64,000 bases of DNA from the NCBI GenBank assembly GCA_963776345.1, contig CAVZMH010000022.1, forward strand, positions 512,001-576,000, in the 5' to 3' direction. The DNA is from an uncultured delta proteobacterium. Lineage in GTDB: Bacteria; Myxococcota; Myxococcia; Myxococcales; Myxococcaceae. Below, piece by piece: positions 10,033 to 20,706 of this stretch. The notes below the pieces were generated by a model. The model made no database searches. It saw only the letters and a list, made by a program, of their open reading frames with translations, and was not told where the DNA came from. Within the stretch, counting starts at the first letter, position 1. Every line of letters starts with the position of its first letter. A program made the translations under genes and the position numbers.

Positions 10033-12086
10033 AGGAGCGACCCCACCGCCGCGGCGAACAGCTGGGCGGCGTAGACCAGCCACCCGGTCACCGTGAGCGC
10101 CGGGCCCGGGGTGGCGTCGAGCGAGCGGGCGTCGTTCAAGGGATTTGCGTCGAGCGGCGGCGAGGAGCCGGGGTGGACCTCGGCCAGGCGCACCCGCCCG
10201 CCGGGGAAGGGCCGCACCGTCGTGAAGCGGCCCCAGAGCTCTCCTGGCGGGACCTCCCGGGTGAGGCGCGTCCCGTCCTCGAAGGTGAGCCGGACGTCGA
10301 GCGGGAGCGCGAGGTCGCCGCGGCGCTCCACCAGCACCTCGCACCGGGCGTCCCCGGGGTCGGCGCCGGCGCGGCGTGCAGGCCGGAACGCCGGTGTCTC
10401 TCCGTCGCCGTCGAAGAGGCCCGGGCCGCCCGCCGTGGACACGCGGGTGCAGCGGAGCGCGGCCACCGCGTCGTCGAGCCCGGCGGTGCCACGAAGGAGC
10501 GCGTTGCCCAGCGGGCGGAGGTCTCGACCGCCGACCTCGGAGGCGACGTCGAGGAAGTCGTCGGTGCCGGGATGGCGGAAGGCCCACCGCGCCGCGTACG
10601 CGCGCATCACCCGGGCGAACGCCTCCGGGCCGATCTCGCGCTCGAGCATCCGCAGCGCGCCGGCAGCCCGACCATAGGTGCTGCGCCCCACGTCGCGTCC
10701 ATCCTTGAACCGCCAGCCCGGGCGGACGATGGAGGACTGGAAGCGGGCCGCCGACCGGGAGCGGATCTGGTCGTCGGAGAGCGACGAGCGGAGAAACGGG
10801 GCGAGGAGCCAGCGCGTCCCCGGGGGCGCCAGCTGGGCGAGGTCCCAGCGCAGCCCGACCCCGTCGAGGATCTCCGCCGTGGCCCAGGTGTCGATGCCCT
10901 CGTCCAGCCACGCCTCCTCGAGCTCGTTGGAGGCGAGCAGCCCCTGCCACCACCCGTGCGCGACCTCGTGGACCGCCACCTCCCAGAGGAGGGTGTCCCT
11001 CGGCCCGGCGGGGTCGGTGCGCGAGTACACGGTGACCAGCGTCGGGTACTCCATCCCGCCCGAGTCGGCGTTCGCTCCCAGGGGAGGCGCGACCAGCGTC
11101 AGGTGAGGGTAGGGGTACGGCAGCCAGCGCCGCCCGCCGTGCTCCAGCGTCGCCTTGGCCGCGGCGAGGACCTGCGGCGCCGTCGCGCGGGCGTCCGGCG
11201 GGACCAGCGCGGTGAGCGCCACCTCGGGGAGGCCATCGCTCCGGAAGACGTCGTTCACCTCCACCGCGCCCTCCCAGGCCGTCCAGGCGAAGTCGATGAC
11301 GTCATCCTGGTGGAAGCGGTGGGTGACGGTGCCGTCGGAGTTCTCGCTGCGGCCGGTGCGGACGCCGGTGGCGCCGACCACCATCGCGCGCGGCACGGTG
11401 AGCGCCGCGTCGTAGCTGCCGAAGTCGGCGTAGAACTCCGCGGTGGCGTGGAACTGGTGACAGCTCCAGGTGGGCGTGCGGACTCCGCGCTGCGGGGGCA
11501 CCTCGAGGACGCCGAGCTTGGGGAACCACTGGCCGAAGAAGGTGTACTTGCCGGCCACCCCGGTGCGAGCGGCGAGCTTCGGCACCCGCGCCTCCCACGC
11601 GAGGTCCAGGCTCACCGTGCCGTGCGGCGGGACCGCGGCGGGCAGGGTGAGGGTGAAGACGGTCTGGTCCGCGGCGTTCCCGTCGTCCGGGCGCTCCCAG
11701 CGGAGCGTGGGCCGGACGTCGGTTCCGTCCTGGAGCCGGGCCGAGCGAAGCGCCGTCCAGCCCCAGTCGTCGCGGTCGTACGCCCCGGTGCCCGAGCGAG
11801 ACCCACCGCCCCGGTTGGCCTCGCGCGAGAACGTGGTGTCGGCGTTCTTGAACGCGTTCCAGTACGCGTGGAACCAGAGCGTGGCCTGCGGGACGTCGGA
11901 GCGGTTGGTCCAGGTGAGCCGCGCGGTCCCGGTCAGGTGGCGCGTCGCCGGGTCGTATCGGGCCTCGAGGACGTAGCTCGCGGTGCGCTCGCTGAGCGGC
12001 GCACCGATGCTGCGCCCGGTCTGGTCGAAGCGCGCCGGCGCGGGGGTGACGCCCACCAGCAGCAAGAGCACCAGGGGAGAGATCAT
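10029..12086 (-). CDS. M1-family zinc aminopeptidase, secreted, with C-terminal TM anchor
   Basis: GGMEYP, HEVAH and NELEEAWLDEG motifs; signal peptide. Confidence 0.9.
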   Translation of the reverse strand: MISPLVLLLLVGVTPAPARFDQTGRSIGAPLSERTASYVLEARYDPATRHLTGTARLTWTNRSDVPQATLWFHAYWNAFKNADTTFSREANRGGGSRSGTGAYDRDDWGWTALRSARLQDGTDVRPTLRWERPDDGNAADQTVFTLTLPAAVPPHGTVSLDLAWEARVPKLAARTGVAGKYTFFGQWFPKLGVLEVPPQRGVRTPTWSCHQFHATAEFYADFGSYDAALTVPRAMVVGATGVRTGRSENSDGTVTHRFHQDDVIDFAWTAWEGAVEVNDVFRSDGLPEVALTALVPPDARATAPQVLAAAKATLEHGGRRWLPYPYPHLTLVAPPLGANADSGGMEYPTLVTVYSRTDPAGPRDTLLWEVAVHEVAHGWWQGLLASNELEEAWLDEGIDTWATAEILDGVGLRWDLAQLAPPGTRWLLAPFLRSSLSDDQIRSRSAARFQSSIVRPGWRFKDGRDVGRSTYGRAAGALRMLEREIGPEAFARVMRAYAARWAFRHPGTDDFLDVASEVGGRDLRPLGNALLRGTAGLDDAVAALRCTRVSTAGGPGLFDGDGETPAFRPARRAGADPGDARCEVLVERRGDLALPLDVRLTFEDGTRLTREVPPGELWGRFTTVRPFPGGRVRLAEVHPGSSPPLDANPLNDARSLDATPGPALTVTGWLVYAAQLFAAAVGSLL

Positions 12087-12093
12087 TCGGGGT

Positions 12094-13032
12094 TCACAGG
12101 CCCGGCGGTGGAAGGTCGGTCCCGTCCGCCTCCAGCCCGGGGACCTCCCGGAGGCGGCGCGCCACCTGCGAGACGCGCGTCTCGTCCACGTCCGAGCGCA
12201 CGTCCAGGGTGAAGCTCACCTCGTCGTGGCGGTGCCCGCGGCGGACCTGGAACCGTGGCCGCGGGACCCGCTCCAGGCGGCCGACCAGCCCGTGCAGGCC
12301 TGCGTTCCAGTCCTCCACCAGCTGGTCGAGCGGCACGCCCTCGACGCGGACCCGGTAGGCGTCGCCGGGAAGGTCCTCCACCACGATGCGGCCCTCGAGC
12401 GCGTGGCCCCGGCGGCGGAGCTCGGTCCGCTGCGCCTCGGTGAGGAACTGCTCGGGCAGCAGCGGCGCCGGCGCGGCGCCCAGGGTCTCCAGAAGTTTCG
12501 CGCGCACCGCCGGGGTCCTCGGCGAGCGGCCGAAGGCCGTCCACTCGCTCGCCAGGCGCGACCGCCAGCCGGCGGCGGTGGTGCGCCACCGCCCGAGCTC
12601 GCTCCGCTGCGCCGGGGTGAGCAGCTCCAGCGACTCGGCCGCCGCGACGGGCTCCGGCAGCGGCACCGGCTCGCTCCCGCCGGCGAGCGGGTCCGCGGTG
12701 AGGAAGGCGAGCACGCCCGGCGTCCCGGACCCCTCGGTGACCAGGCCGGGGACGACCGCGAGCCGCAGACGCGCCGCGGGAATCACCGCCCGGAGCTCCA
12801 CCGGCTGCCGCTGCTCGACGCGCCGGCGCACCACGTCGGGGGGCGTCGACCAGGTCAGCCAGGCGGCGAAGGGAGCGTCGGGCTCGACCCGCGCCGGAAG
12901 CCGCTCGGTGTGCCGGATCCGCTCCACCTCCCCCTCTCGCCCGAGCCGGGTGATGGGGGTGCAGACGCCGGGTTCCAGGCAGACCACGTCGGGAGAGGCG
13001 GCGCCGAGCAGCGCCAGCAGGAGGAGCGACAC
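12094..13032 (-). CDS. Exported hypothetical protein
   Basis: Signal-like MSLLLLALLGAA; 7 bp upstream of the M1 gene; no family recognised. Confidence 0.55.
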   Translation of the reverse strand: MSLLLLALLGAASPDVVCLEPGVCTPITRLGREGEVERIRHTERLPARVEPDAPFAAWLTWSTPPDVVRRRVEQRQPVELRAVIPAARLRLAVVPGLVTEGSGTPGVLAFLTADPLAGGSEPVPLPEPVAAAESLELLTPAQRSELGRWRTTAAGWRSRLASEWTAFGRSPRTPAVRAKLLETLGAAPAPLLPEQFLTEAQRTELRRRGHALEGRIVVEDLPGDAYRVRVEGVPLDQLVEDWNAGLHGLVGRLERVPRPRFQVRRGHRHDEVSFTLDVRSDVDETRVSQVARRLREVPGLEADGTDLPPPGL

Positions 13033-13173
13033 TGCCCCGGGACGGTAGCAGCCGGGGAGGGTGGAGACATGTTTCAGCCCCTCCCGAGGTGCGCGGAGGA
13101 GCGGTAGGGTGGGAGCCGATGACCGCCCTGGAGACCGCGGTCCAGCGGCCGGACGCGGGGACTCCGTCGCGGC

Positions 13174-14103
13174 TCACCCTCGGTTGGGGCGTGGAGTTCT
13201 GAGCACCGGCACCGGGACCCGTGCCGCCGCCGGCCGGAGCACCAGGGCGACCGCGGTGAGGATGAGCGGGAGCGAGACCAGCAGGGCAGGCGGCAGGCGC
13301 TCTCCGGCGAGCGCGGCCCCGAGCACCAGGGCCACCACCGGGTTGACGTAGGCGTAGCTCGAGGCGACGGGAACCGGAACGCGCGATAGCAAGAAGAGGT
13401 ACGCCGTGTAGGCGACGAGCGAGCCGAACACCACCAGGTAGGCGAGGGCCCAGATCGCCCGCGCGGGGACGACCGCCGGCAGCTGCTCGCCGCGGAGCAG
13501 GCTCAGCGCGACCAGCACCCAGCCCGCGGTGAACATCTCCGCGCCCGCGGCCATCATGCCCTTGGGCAGGTCCAGCCGGCGGCTCCAGAGCGAGCCGAAG
13601 GCCCAGGCCGCGGTGGCGAACATCAGGACGCCGACGCCGCCCGGGCTCCCGCGCAGCTCGCTGCCGAGGTTGAGGATGATGATGCCGCCGAAGCCGAGCA
13701 CCAGCGCGACCCAGTCCTTGGTGGCCGGCCAGCGCCCCCACAGCCCGGCGAAGAGCGCCATCCACAGCGGCATCGCCGACACCATGAGCGCCGCCAGGCC
13801 CGAGCTGACGGTCTGCTCGGCGATGGCCACCCCGCCGTTGCCGCCAGCGAGCAGCAGGGTGCCGATGGCCAGCGCGTTTCGCCACTGCCGGGCGCTGGGG
13901 AGCGGCTCGCCGCGGAGGCGGGCGACCACCAGCATGACCGCGCCCGCGACCAGGAAGCGGAGCGCCGCCATCCGGAAGGGCGGGAAGCCGTCCATCGCCA
14001 CCCGCATTGCGAGGTACGTGGACCCCCAGATGACGTAGAGGGAGAAGAGGGCGAGCCCCACCGAGAGGCGCGAGGTGGACGAGCTGTGACCGGTGGGGCT
14101 CAT
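13174..14103 (-). CDS. yedA: EamA/DMT drug-metabolite exporter (YedA-like)
   Basis: YVIWGSTYLAMR, GNGGV..AEQ.VSSG, SYAYVNPVVA. Confidence 0.85.
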   Translation of the reverse strand: MSPTGHSSSTSRLSVGLALFSLYVIWGSTYLAMRVAMDGFPPFRMAALRFLVAGAVMLVVARLRGEPLPSARQWRNALAIGTLLLAGGNGGVAIAEQTVSSGLAALMVSAMPLWMALFAGLWGRWPATKDWVALVLGFGGIIILNLGSELRGSPGGVGVLMFATAAWAFGSLWSRRLDLPKGMMAAGAEMFTAGWVLVALSLLRGEQLPAVVPARAIWALAYLVVFGSLVAYTAYLFLLSRVPVPVASSYAYVNPVVALVLGAALAGERLPPALLVSLPLILTAVALVLRPAAARVPVPVLRTPRPNRG

Positions 14104-14205
14104 GGTCCGACGGAGACTTTCCTAGTGTCCGGGGGTGGCGCGTGCCGCTTCCTGTCGCTGTTCTCCCGTTGCAGCGCCCGACGTGTGCTGGTTGGCTAGC
14201 GCATC

Positions 14206-16890
14206 GTGTCCGACCCCCGGGCGGTGGATCCCGAGTCGCAGCGCCTGGCGGAGGACGGCCAGCGCACCCTCAACTGGAAGCGGTGGGGTCCGTACCTCTC
14301 GGACCGGCAGTGGGGAACGGTGCGCGAGGACTACTCGGCCACCGGCGACGCCTGGGAGTACTTCCCGCACGGCGCGGCGCGCTCGCGGACCTACCGCTGG
14401 GGGGAGGACGGGCTGCTCGGCATCACCGACCGCGAGTGCCGGCTGTGCCTCGCGGTGGCGCTGTGGAACGAGCAGGACCCGATCCTCAAGGAGCGCCTGT
14501 TCGGCCTCGCCGGGAACGAGGGCAACCACGGCGAGGACGTGAAGGAGCTGTACTACTTCCTCGACGCCACGCCGACCTCCAGCTACCTCGAGGCGCTCTA
14601 CAAGTACCCGCAGCGTGCGTTCCCCTACACGCAGCTGCTCGAGGAGAACCGGCGGCGCGGCCGCGGCGCTCCCGAGTTCGAGCTGCTGGACACCGGCGTC
14701 TTCGACGGGAACCGCTACTTCGACGTGCGCGTCGAGTACGCGAAGGCGGCGCCGGACGACCTGTGGATGCGGCTCACGCTCACCAACCACGGGCCCGAGC
14801 CGGCGCCGCTGCACGTGCTGCCGACCCTCTGGTTCCGGAACACCTGGGCCTGGGGGCGGATGACCGAGGGCTACTGGCCGCGGCCCGAGCTGCTCGGAGA
14901 GGACGGGCACGTGCTCGCGCGCCACGCCTCGCTCGGGCTGTTCCGCTTCGAGCCGGGGCCGCACCCCGCGGGCACCATGCCCGAGCTGCTGTTCTGCGAC
15001 AACGAGACGAACGCCGAGCGGCTGTTCAACGCGCCGTCGCGGAGCCGGTGGCCCAAGGACGCCATCCACGACGCGGTGGTGCAGGGGCGGCGCGAGGCGG
15101 TGAACCCCGACCGCCTGGGAACGAAGATGGCGGCCCACTACCGGCTGGAGCTGCCGCCGGGCGGCTCGGCGACGCTGCGGCTCCGGCTGGCGGCGGTGGA
15201 GCACGGCCTGGCGTCCGACTTCGACGGCTCGGTGGATGCGCTCTTCGAGGACCGGCGCGCCGAGGCCGACGCGTTCTACGCCCTCCACCTGCCGCCCACC
15301 AGCAGCGACGAGGAGCGGCGCATCGCCCGGCAGGCCTGGGCCGGTCTCCACTGGTGCAAGCAGTACTACCACTACAGCGTGCGGGACTGGCTCGAGGGCG
15401 ACCCGTCCGGGCCGGCGCCCCCGCTCGAGAGGAGGCACGGCCGCAACGCGCACTGGGCCCAGAACCTCTACAACCGCGACGTCCTGTCGATGCCGGACAC
15501 CTGGGAGTACCCCTGGTACGCGGCGTGGGACCTGGCGTTCCACATGCTGCCGTTCTGCGAGGTGGACCCGGTGTTCGCCAAGGAGCAGCTGATCCTGCTC
15601 CTGCGCGAATGGTACATGCACCCCAACGGGCACCTCCCGGCGTACGAGTGGGCGTTCTCGGACGTGAACCCGCCGGTGCACGCCTGGGCCTGCTGGCGCA
15701 TCTACAAGAAGACCGGGCCGCGCGGCCGCCGCGACATCGGGTTCCTCAAGCGCGCCTTCCAGAAGCTCCTGCTCAACTTCACCTGGTGGGTGAACCGGAA
15801 GGACCCGGACGGCAAGAACCTCTTCTCCGGCGGGTTCCTGGGCCTCGACAACATCGGGGTGTTCGACCGGAACAGGCCGCTCCCCACCGGCGGACAGCTC
15901 ACCCAGGCCGACGGCACGGCGTGGATGGCCTTCTTCTGCACCACCATGCTGAGCATCGCGCTCGAGCTGGCGCAGGTGGACGACTCGTACGAGGACATCG
16001 CCAGCAAGTTCTTCGAGCACTTCGTGGCCATCGTCGACGCGATGAACGCCATGGGCGGCCAGGGGCTGTGGGACGAGGCCGACGGCTTCTATTACGACCA
16101 GCTGGTCGTCGACGGGCAGAGCATCCCGCTTCGAGTGAGGAGCATGGTGGGGCTCATCCCGCTCTTCGCCGCCGAGGTGCTCGGCGACCGGGAGGTGGAC
16201 CGGTTGCCCGGGTTCAGCAAGCGGATGCGCTGGTTCCTGGAGAACCGGCCCGACCTGGCGGCGCACGTCTACTACCGGCCGCCGGAGCACGGCCTCCCGG
16301 GCGCGCGGCTCCTGGCCATCGCCCCCCGCGAGCGGCTGGTCCGGATGCTCGGGTACTTGCTGGACGAGAGCGAGTTCCTCTCCCCCTACGGCATCCGGAG
16401 CCTGTCCCGGGTGCACGCCGCGCACCCGTACGTCCTGGAGGGGCACGCCGACTGGCGCGTGCACTACGACCCGGGTGACTCGACGACCGGCATCTTCGGC
16501 GGGAACTCGAACTGGCGCGGGCCGGTGTGGTTCCCGAACAACTACCTCCTCATCGAGTCGCTGGAGCGGTACCACCACTTCTACGGCGACGCGCTGACGG
16601 TCGAGTGCCCCACCGGGTCGGGGCAGCACCTGACGCTCTCCGAGGTCGGGCATCTGCTCTCCTCGCGCTTGCTCGCGCTGTTCCTCCCCGATGCGTCGGG
16701 GCGACGGCCGGCACACGGGGACGAGGTCCGCTACGCGAAGGATCCGGCGTTCCGCGACCTCGCGCTGTTCTACGAGTTCTTCCACGGCGACACCGGACGG
16801 GGGCTGGGGGCGAGTCACCAGACCGGCTGGACCGCGCTGGTGCTCGAGGCGCTACGGGACGTGGCGGAGCACCGGAAGCGCGGGCGCTGA
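14206..16890 (+). CDS. MGH1-like glycoside hydrolase (GH63-type glucosidase)
   Basis: WGPYLSDRQWGTVREDYS, WEYPWYAAWDLAFH, GNSNWRGPVW, GASHQTGWT. Confidence 0.9.
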   Translation: MSDPRAVDPESQRLAEDGQRTLNWKRWGPYLSDRQWGTVREDYSATGDAWEYFPHGAARSRTYRWGEDGLLGITDRECRLCLAVALWNEQDPILKERLFGLAGNEGNHGEDVKELYYFLDATPTSSYLEALYKYPQRAFPYTQLLEENRRRGRGAPEFELLDTGVFDGNRYFDVRVEYAKAAPDDLWMRLTLTNHGPEPAPLHVLPTLWFRNTWAWGRMTEGYWPRPELLGEDGHVLARHASLGLFRFEPGPHPAGTMPELLFCDNETNAERLFNAPSRSRWPKDAIHDAVVQGRREAVNPDRLGTKMAAHYRLELPPGGSATLRLRLAAVEHGLASDFDGSVDALFEDRRAEADAFYALHLPPTSSDEERRIARQAWAGLHWCKQYYHYSVRDWLEGDPSGPAPPLERRHGRNAHWAQNLYNRDVLSMPDTWEYPWYAAWDLAFHMLPFCEVDPVFAKEQLILLLREWYMHPNGHLPAYEWAFSDVNPPVHAWACWRIYKKTGPRGRRDIGFLKRAFQKLLLNFTWWVNRKDPDGKNLFSGGFLGLDNIGVFDRNRPLPTGGQLTQADGTAWMAFFCTTMLSIALELAQVDDSYEDIASKFFEHFVAIVDAMNAMGGQGLWDEADGFYYDQLVVDGQSIPLRVRSMVGLIPLFAAEVLGDREVDRLPGFSKRMRWFLENRPDLAAHVYYRPPEHGLPGARLLAIAPRERLVRMLGYLLDESEFLSPYGIRSLSRVHAAHPYVLEGHADWRVHYDPGDSTTGIFGGNSNWRGPVWFPNNYLLIESLERYHHFYGDALTVECPTGSGQHLTLSEVGHLLSSRLLALFLPDASGRRPAHGDEVRYAKDPAFRDLALFYEFFHGDTGRGLGASHQTGWTALVLEALRDVAEHRKRGR

Positions 16891-16930
16891 GCGGGACTGC
16901 GGGCTCAGCCGATCCCCCACTGCCGTCGCG

Positions 16931-18235
16931 TCAGGCTCCGAGCCGTGCCCGGGCATGCTCCAGGGGATGCCCGAGCGCGGTCTCGACCTCGACCGTCGTC
17001 GCCGCGCCGCACTCGACCGCCCGCCGGAGCCCGTTGAGCAGGCCCCGCGCGGTCGCCGCGTCGTCGAACTCGGCGCCCAGCCGGGTGGCCTGCGCCGCCT
17101 GGTCGAGGAACCTGCGCAGCCGCGCTGCCGCCGAGGGGATCTCCTCGCGCAGCGTGGCGAACAGCGCCCCGTAGCGCGCCGGAAGCTGCGCCGGGTGCAG
17201 GTCCCAGCCCTGGACGATGCCGTCCCGGTACGCGCGCCGCACGTCGTCCGCGGTCCGCGCCCAGGCCCGGAAGACCGCCTCGCGGTTCGCCCCCTTCTCC
17301 GCATCGTTCTTGGGCTCGCGGTGCGGACCGACCGGGAGCAAGGTCGTCGGCCCGTCGACGACGGTCACCCCCGTCCCGGTGAGGGCGAGCTGGAGCAGCC
17401 GCCGCACCAGCTCCACCGAGGGATGCCCGAGCCACTGGTGCGCCGCGCTGATGCCCAGCGCCGAGGTCATGTCGTACGGACCGACGTGCACCGAGCGGCA
17501 GCGCCCGCCGGCTGCCTCCACCAGCGCCAGGATGCCCAGCCGGCCGTCCAGGGACACCAGCGCCGACGGCGTCTCCACCATCAGCTCGAGCGCGATGGCC
17601 CCCGCGGGCCACCCCAGCCGGTGCTCCAGCGCCTCGGCCGAGCGGCGGAGCAGCTCCACCTGGATGGGCAGCACCAGCTTCGGCGCGGTGAGCGCGAAGC
17701 CGGGGATGGGCTCGTTCCCCAGCTGCGCCCCCACGCGCTCCAGCGTGCGGAGCGCCCGCCGGGACGTCCGCCCCGAGAACGGCTTCAGCCGGAGGCCGAT
17801 GAACGGCGGGAGCGTGCCATCCTTCCGCCCCCGCTCCAGCGCCGCACCGGCTGCATCGGCGTGGGCGTCCTCCTCCTCGTCGGGCCGGATGCCGTAGCCG
17901 TCCTCGAAGTCGATCCGGAGGTCCTCCACCGGCTCGCGCTCCATCTTGGCGATGACCCGCGCGCGGAGGTCCGTCGCCTGCGTCGGGCTCAGCGAGAGCC
18001 CGAGCGCGTGGGCGTAGGTGGGCCCGTCCGGGGCGTAGGTGTCCAGCGCGGCGCGGGCCAGCGTGCCCATCCGGGCCGCCGCGCTGTCCTTGAACAGGTG
18101 CGCGCCGCCGTAGAGCACCTGCACCGGTCGCCGTCCGGCGGGACCGGAGCGCCGCTCGCGCTCGCGCTGGTGAAGCGCCTCGTCGAGCGATTCCAGCAGG
18201 GGCTGCAGGGCCTCGGTCAGCGGGGGCAGCGCCAT
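16931..18235 (-). CDS. HpcH/HpaI aldolase-citrate lyase-like protein (DUF6986 type)
   Basis: RRPVQVLYGGAHLF, EPVEDLRIDFEDGYG, QGWDLHPAQL. Confidence 0.75.
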   Translation of the reverse strand: MALPPLTEALQPLLESLDEALHQRERERRSGPAGRRPVQVLYGGAHLFKDSAAARMGTLARAALDTYAPDGPTYAHALGLSLSPTQATDLRARVIAKMEREPVEDLRIDFEDGYGIRPDEEEDAHADAAGAALERGRKDGTLPPFIGLRLKPFSGRTSRRALRTLERVGAQLGNEPIPGFALTAPKLVLPIQVELLRRSAEALEHRLGWPAGAIALELMVETPSALVSLDGRLGILALVEAAGGRCRSVHVGPYDMTSALGISAAHQWLGHPSVELVRRLLQLALTGTGVTVVDGPTTLLPVGPHREPKNDAEKGANREAVFRAWARTADDVRRAYRDGIVQGWDLHPAQLPARYGALFATLREEIPSAAARLRRFLDQAAQATRLGAEFDDAATARGLLNGLRRAVECGAATTVEVETALGHPLEHARARLGA

Positions 18236-18339
18236 GGCCGCCCCCTTACCACCACCGGGTCGGCGGTTCGACTGGAGGCGCGGGTGCCCTCCTGACGTCA
18301 CCGTGCCTGAGGGCCTGGTCCGTGCTGTAAACTTCACGG

Positions 18340-19728
18340 ATGCCCGAGTACGACCTGGTGGTGATCGGCTCAGGGCCCGCCGGGGAGAAGGGCGCGGCCC
18401 AGGCGGGGTACTTCCGCAAGAAGGTCGCCGTCGTCGAGCGGCAGTCGAACCTCGGTGGGGCAGGGGCCAACACCGGGACACTTCCCTCCAAGACGCTCCG
18501 GGAGACCTCGCTGTTCCTCTCCGGCTTCCGCCAGCGCGGGCTGTACGGCGTGGAGATGAGGCTCGAGGCCCGGACCGGCGTCCGCGAGCTGCTCTTCCGC
18601 GAGCGCGCCGTGGCCCAGGAGGAGCAGGTCCGCGTGGCCCAGAACCTCCGCGCCCACGGGGCGGACGTCTACCAGGGGAAGGGCCGCATCGTGGATCCGC
18701 ACACGGTGCTGGTGCGGCGACCGGGCGCCGAGGAGCGGCTCACGGCGAAGGTCATCCTGGTCGCCACCGGGAGCACGCCGTTCCACCCGCCGCTGTTCAA
18801 CTTCCAGGCGCCCGGGGTCTACGACTCGGACAGCATCCTCCTCATGTCCGAGGTCCCCCACTCGCTGGTGGTGCTCGGCGGCGGGGTCATCGGCTGCGAG
18901 TACGCCTGCACCTTCGCCGCGCTCGGCATCCCGGTGACCCTGGTGGAGTCGCGGAAGCCGCTCCTGTCGTTCCTGGACCTCGAGATGTCCACCCGGCTCC
19001 AGGCGCGCATGGAAGGGCTGGGCGTCCAGTTCCGGATGCCGGCCACGGTGGAGACGGTCGAGGTGGAGGAGGGCCGGGTCACGGTCGGGCTCAAGGACGG
19101 CGGGTCCATCGCCGCCGCGGCGCTGCTGGTCGCCTCGGGCCGGAGCGCGAACACCGCCGGCATCGGCCTGGAGGAGGCGGGGGTGACGCTCGGCGAGCGG
19201 GGCCGGGTGGTGGTGAACGAGCACTACCAGACGAGCGTCCCCAGCATCTACGCCGCCGGCGACTGCGTGGGGTTCCCTGCGCTCGCCTCCACGTCGATGG
19301 AGCAGGCCCGGGTGGCGATCGCGCACGCCTTCTCGCTGTACCCAAAGGAAAAGCTCGCGCCCATCCTCCCCTACGGGCTCTACACCATCCCCGAGCTGTC
19401 GATGGCCGGCGAGACCGAGGAGTCGCTCAAGCAGTCGGGAGTGGACTACGTGGTGGGGCGCGCGGCCTACGCCACCAACGCCCGCGGGCAGATCATCGGC
19501 GACGGCGGCGGGTTCCTGAAGCTCATCTTCAAGCGCGAGGACATGAAGCTCCTCGGCGTGCACGTCATCGGCGAGCAGGCGTCGGAGTTGGTGCACATCG
19601 GACTGACCGCGCTGCTCTGCGGCGCCGGGGCGCAGCTCTTCGTCGACACTTGCTACAACTACCCGACGCTGTCCGAGCTGTACAAGTACGCCACGTACAA
19701 CGCCATGGCCCAGCGGAACCCGCTCTGA
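18340..19728 (+). CDS. sthA: Soluble Si-specific NAD(P)+ transhydrogenase
   Basis: GSGPAGEKGA, NTGTLPSKTLRE, GFPALASTSMEQ, NYPTLSELYKYA. Confidence 0.9.
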   Translation: MPEYDLVVIGSGPAGEKGAAQAGYFRKKVAVVERQSNLGGAGANTGTLPSKTLRETSLFLSGFRQRGLYGVEMRLEARTGVRELLFRERAVAQEEQVRVAQNLRAHGADVYQGKGRIVDPHTVLVRRPGAEERLTAKVILVATGSTPFHPPLFNFQAPGVYDSDSILLMSEVPHSLVVLGGGVIGCEYACTFAALGIPVTLVESRKPLLSFLDLEMSTRLQARMEGLGVQFRMPATVETVEVEEGRVTVGLKDGGSIAAAALLVASGRSANTAGIGLEEAGVTLGERGRVVVNEHYQTSVPSIYAAGDCVGFPALASTSMEQARVAIAHAFSLYPKEKLAPILPYGLYTIPELSMAGETEESLKQSGVDYVVGRAAYATNARGQIIGDGGGFLKLIFKREDMKLLGVHVIGEQASELVHIGLTALLCGAGAQLFVDTCYNYPTLSELYKYATYNAMAQRNPL

Positions 19729-19771
19729 GCGCGGGGACCGACGCGGGTGCTAAGAGCCGCGGCTCCCCCGT

Positions 19772-20551
19772 GTGAGCCACCATCCCGCACAGCTCCTCTT
19801 CCTCTTCGTGACCGCCATCGCCGCCGGGGCGATGAACGCCGTGGCCGGAGGGGGAACGATGCTCACCTTCCCCGCGCTGCTCGCCGCCGGGGTGACCCCG
19901 GTCGCGGCGAACGCCACCAACGCGGTGGCCCTCGTCCCGGGCTCGCTGAGCGCCGGGTGGGGGTACCGCCGGGAGCTCGGGTCCCACAGCGGCCGGGTGC
20001 TCACCTCGCTGGTGGTCTCCAGCCTGGCCGGCGGTCTGGTCGGCGCCTGGCTGGTGACGGTGGCCGGGGACGCGCTGTTCAGGGCCCTCGTCCCCTGGCT
20101 CATCCTGGGCGCAACCGCGCTCTTCGTCGTCCAGGAGCCGCTCCGGGGGTGGCGCGAGCGCCACAGCGCAGAGGTCGAGGCGCGGGGGCTGCACGAGGTG
20201 AACCTCTGGGTCCTCTCCGCGGCGCAGTTCGTGGTGGCGGTGTACGGGGGCTTCTTCGGCGCGGGGATGGGGATCCTCATGCTCGCCGAGCTCGGGCTGG
20301 TGGGCCTGACCAGCATCCACCAGATGAACGGGCTCAAGAACTTCGGCGCGGTGTGCATCAACGGCATCGCCTCCCTGTACTTCGCCCTGGGCGAGCACGT
20401 GCGCTGGCCGCTGGCGGCGCTGATGGCGGTGGGCGCGGTGCTGGGCGGCTACGGCGGGGCGTGGCTGGCCCGGCGCATCGGCGAGCGGATGGTGCGCGGG
20501 GCGATCATCGCCATCGGGCTCGGCACCGGGGTGTGGACGCTGGTGAAGTGA
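19772..20551 (+). CDS. Sulfite exporter TauE/SafE family membrane protein
   Basis: AGAMNAVAGGGT.LTFPAL, YGGFFGAGMG. Confidence 0.85.
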   Translation: MSHHPAQLLFLFVTAIAAGAMNAVAGGGTMLTFPALLAAGVTPVAANATNAVALVPGSLSAGWGYRRELGSHSGRVLTSLVVSSLAGGLVGAWLVTVAGDALFRALVPWLILGATALFVVQEPLRGWRERHSAEVEARGLHEVNLWVLSAAQFVVAVYGGFFGAGMGILMLAELGLVGLTSIHQMNGLKNFGAVCINGIASLYFALGEHVRWPLAALMAVGAVLGGYGGAWLARRIGERMVRGAIIAIGLGTGVWTLVK

Positions 20552-20706
20552 CGCGCCGGGGCCCACGTCGCTCGTCCGGGGGCGAGGGCCCTGCGCGGAA
20601 CGGGACGTCGCTCGAGGCGCCAGCGACTTGCACGGAACGGACGCCTGGGATCCTACTGCTTCTGTGCTCCTCGCGGCGCGTCGGGCGGGTGCAAGCTCCG
20701 CCGCCC

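Noticed and set aside
14122..16818. Long antisense or alternate-frame ORFs (also 5038..7692, 9708..12212, 27043..29388, 47177..49756 and others)
   Set aside because: Shadow ORFs typical of high-GC DNA; Arg/Pro/Gly-rich, without motifs, and overlapping well-supported genes.
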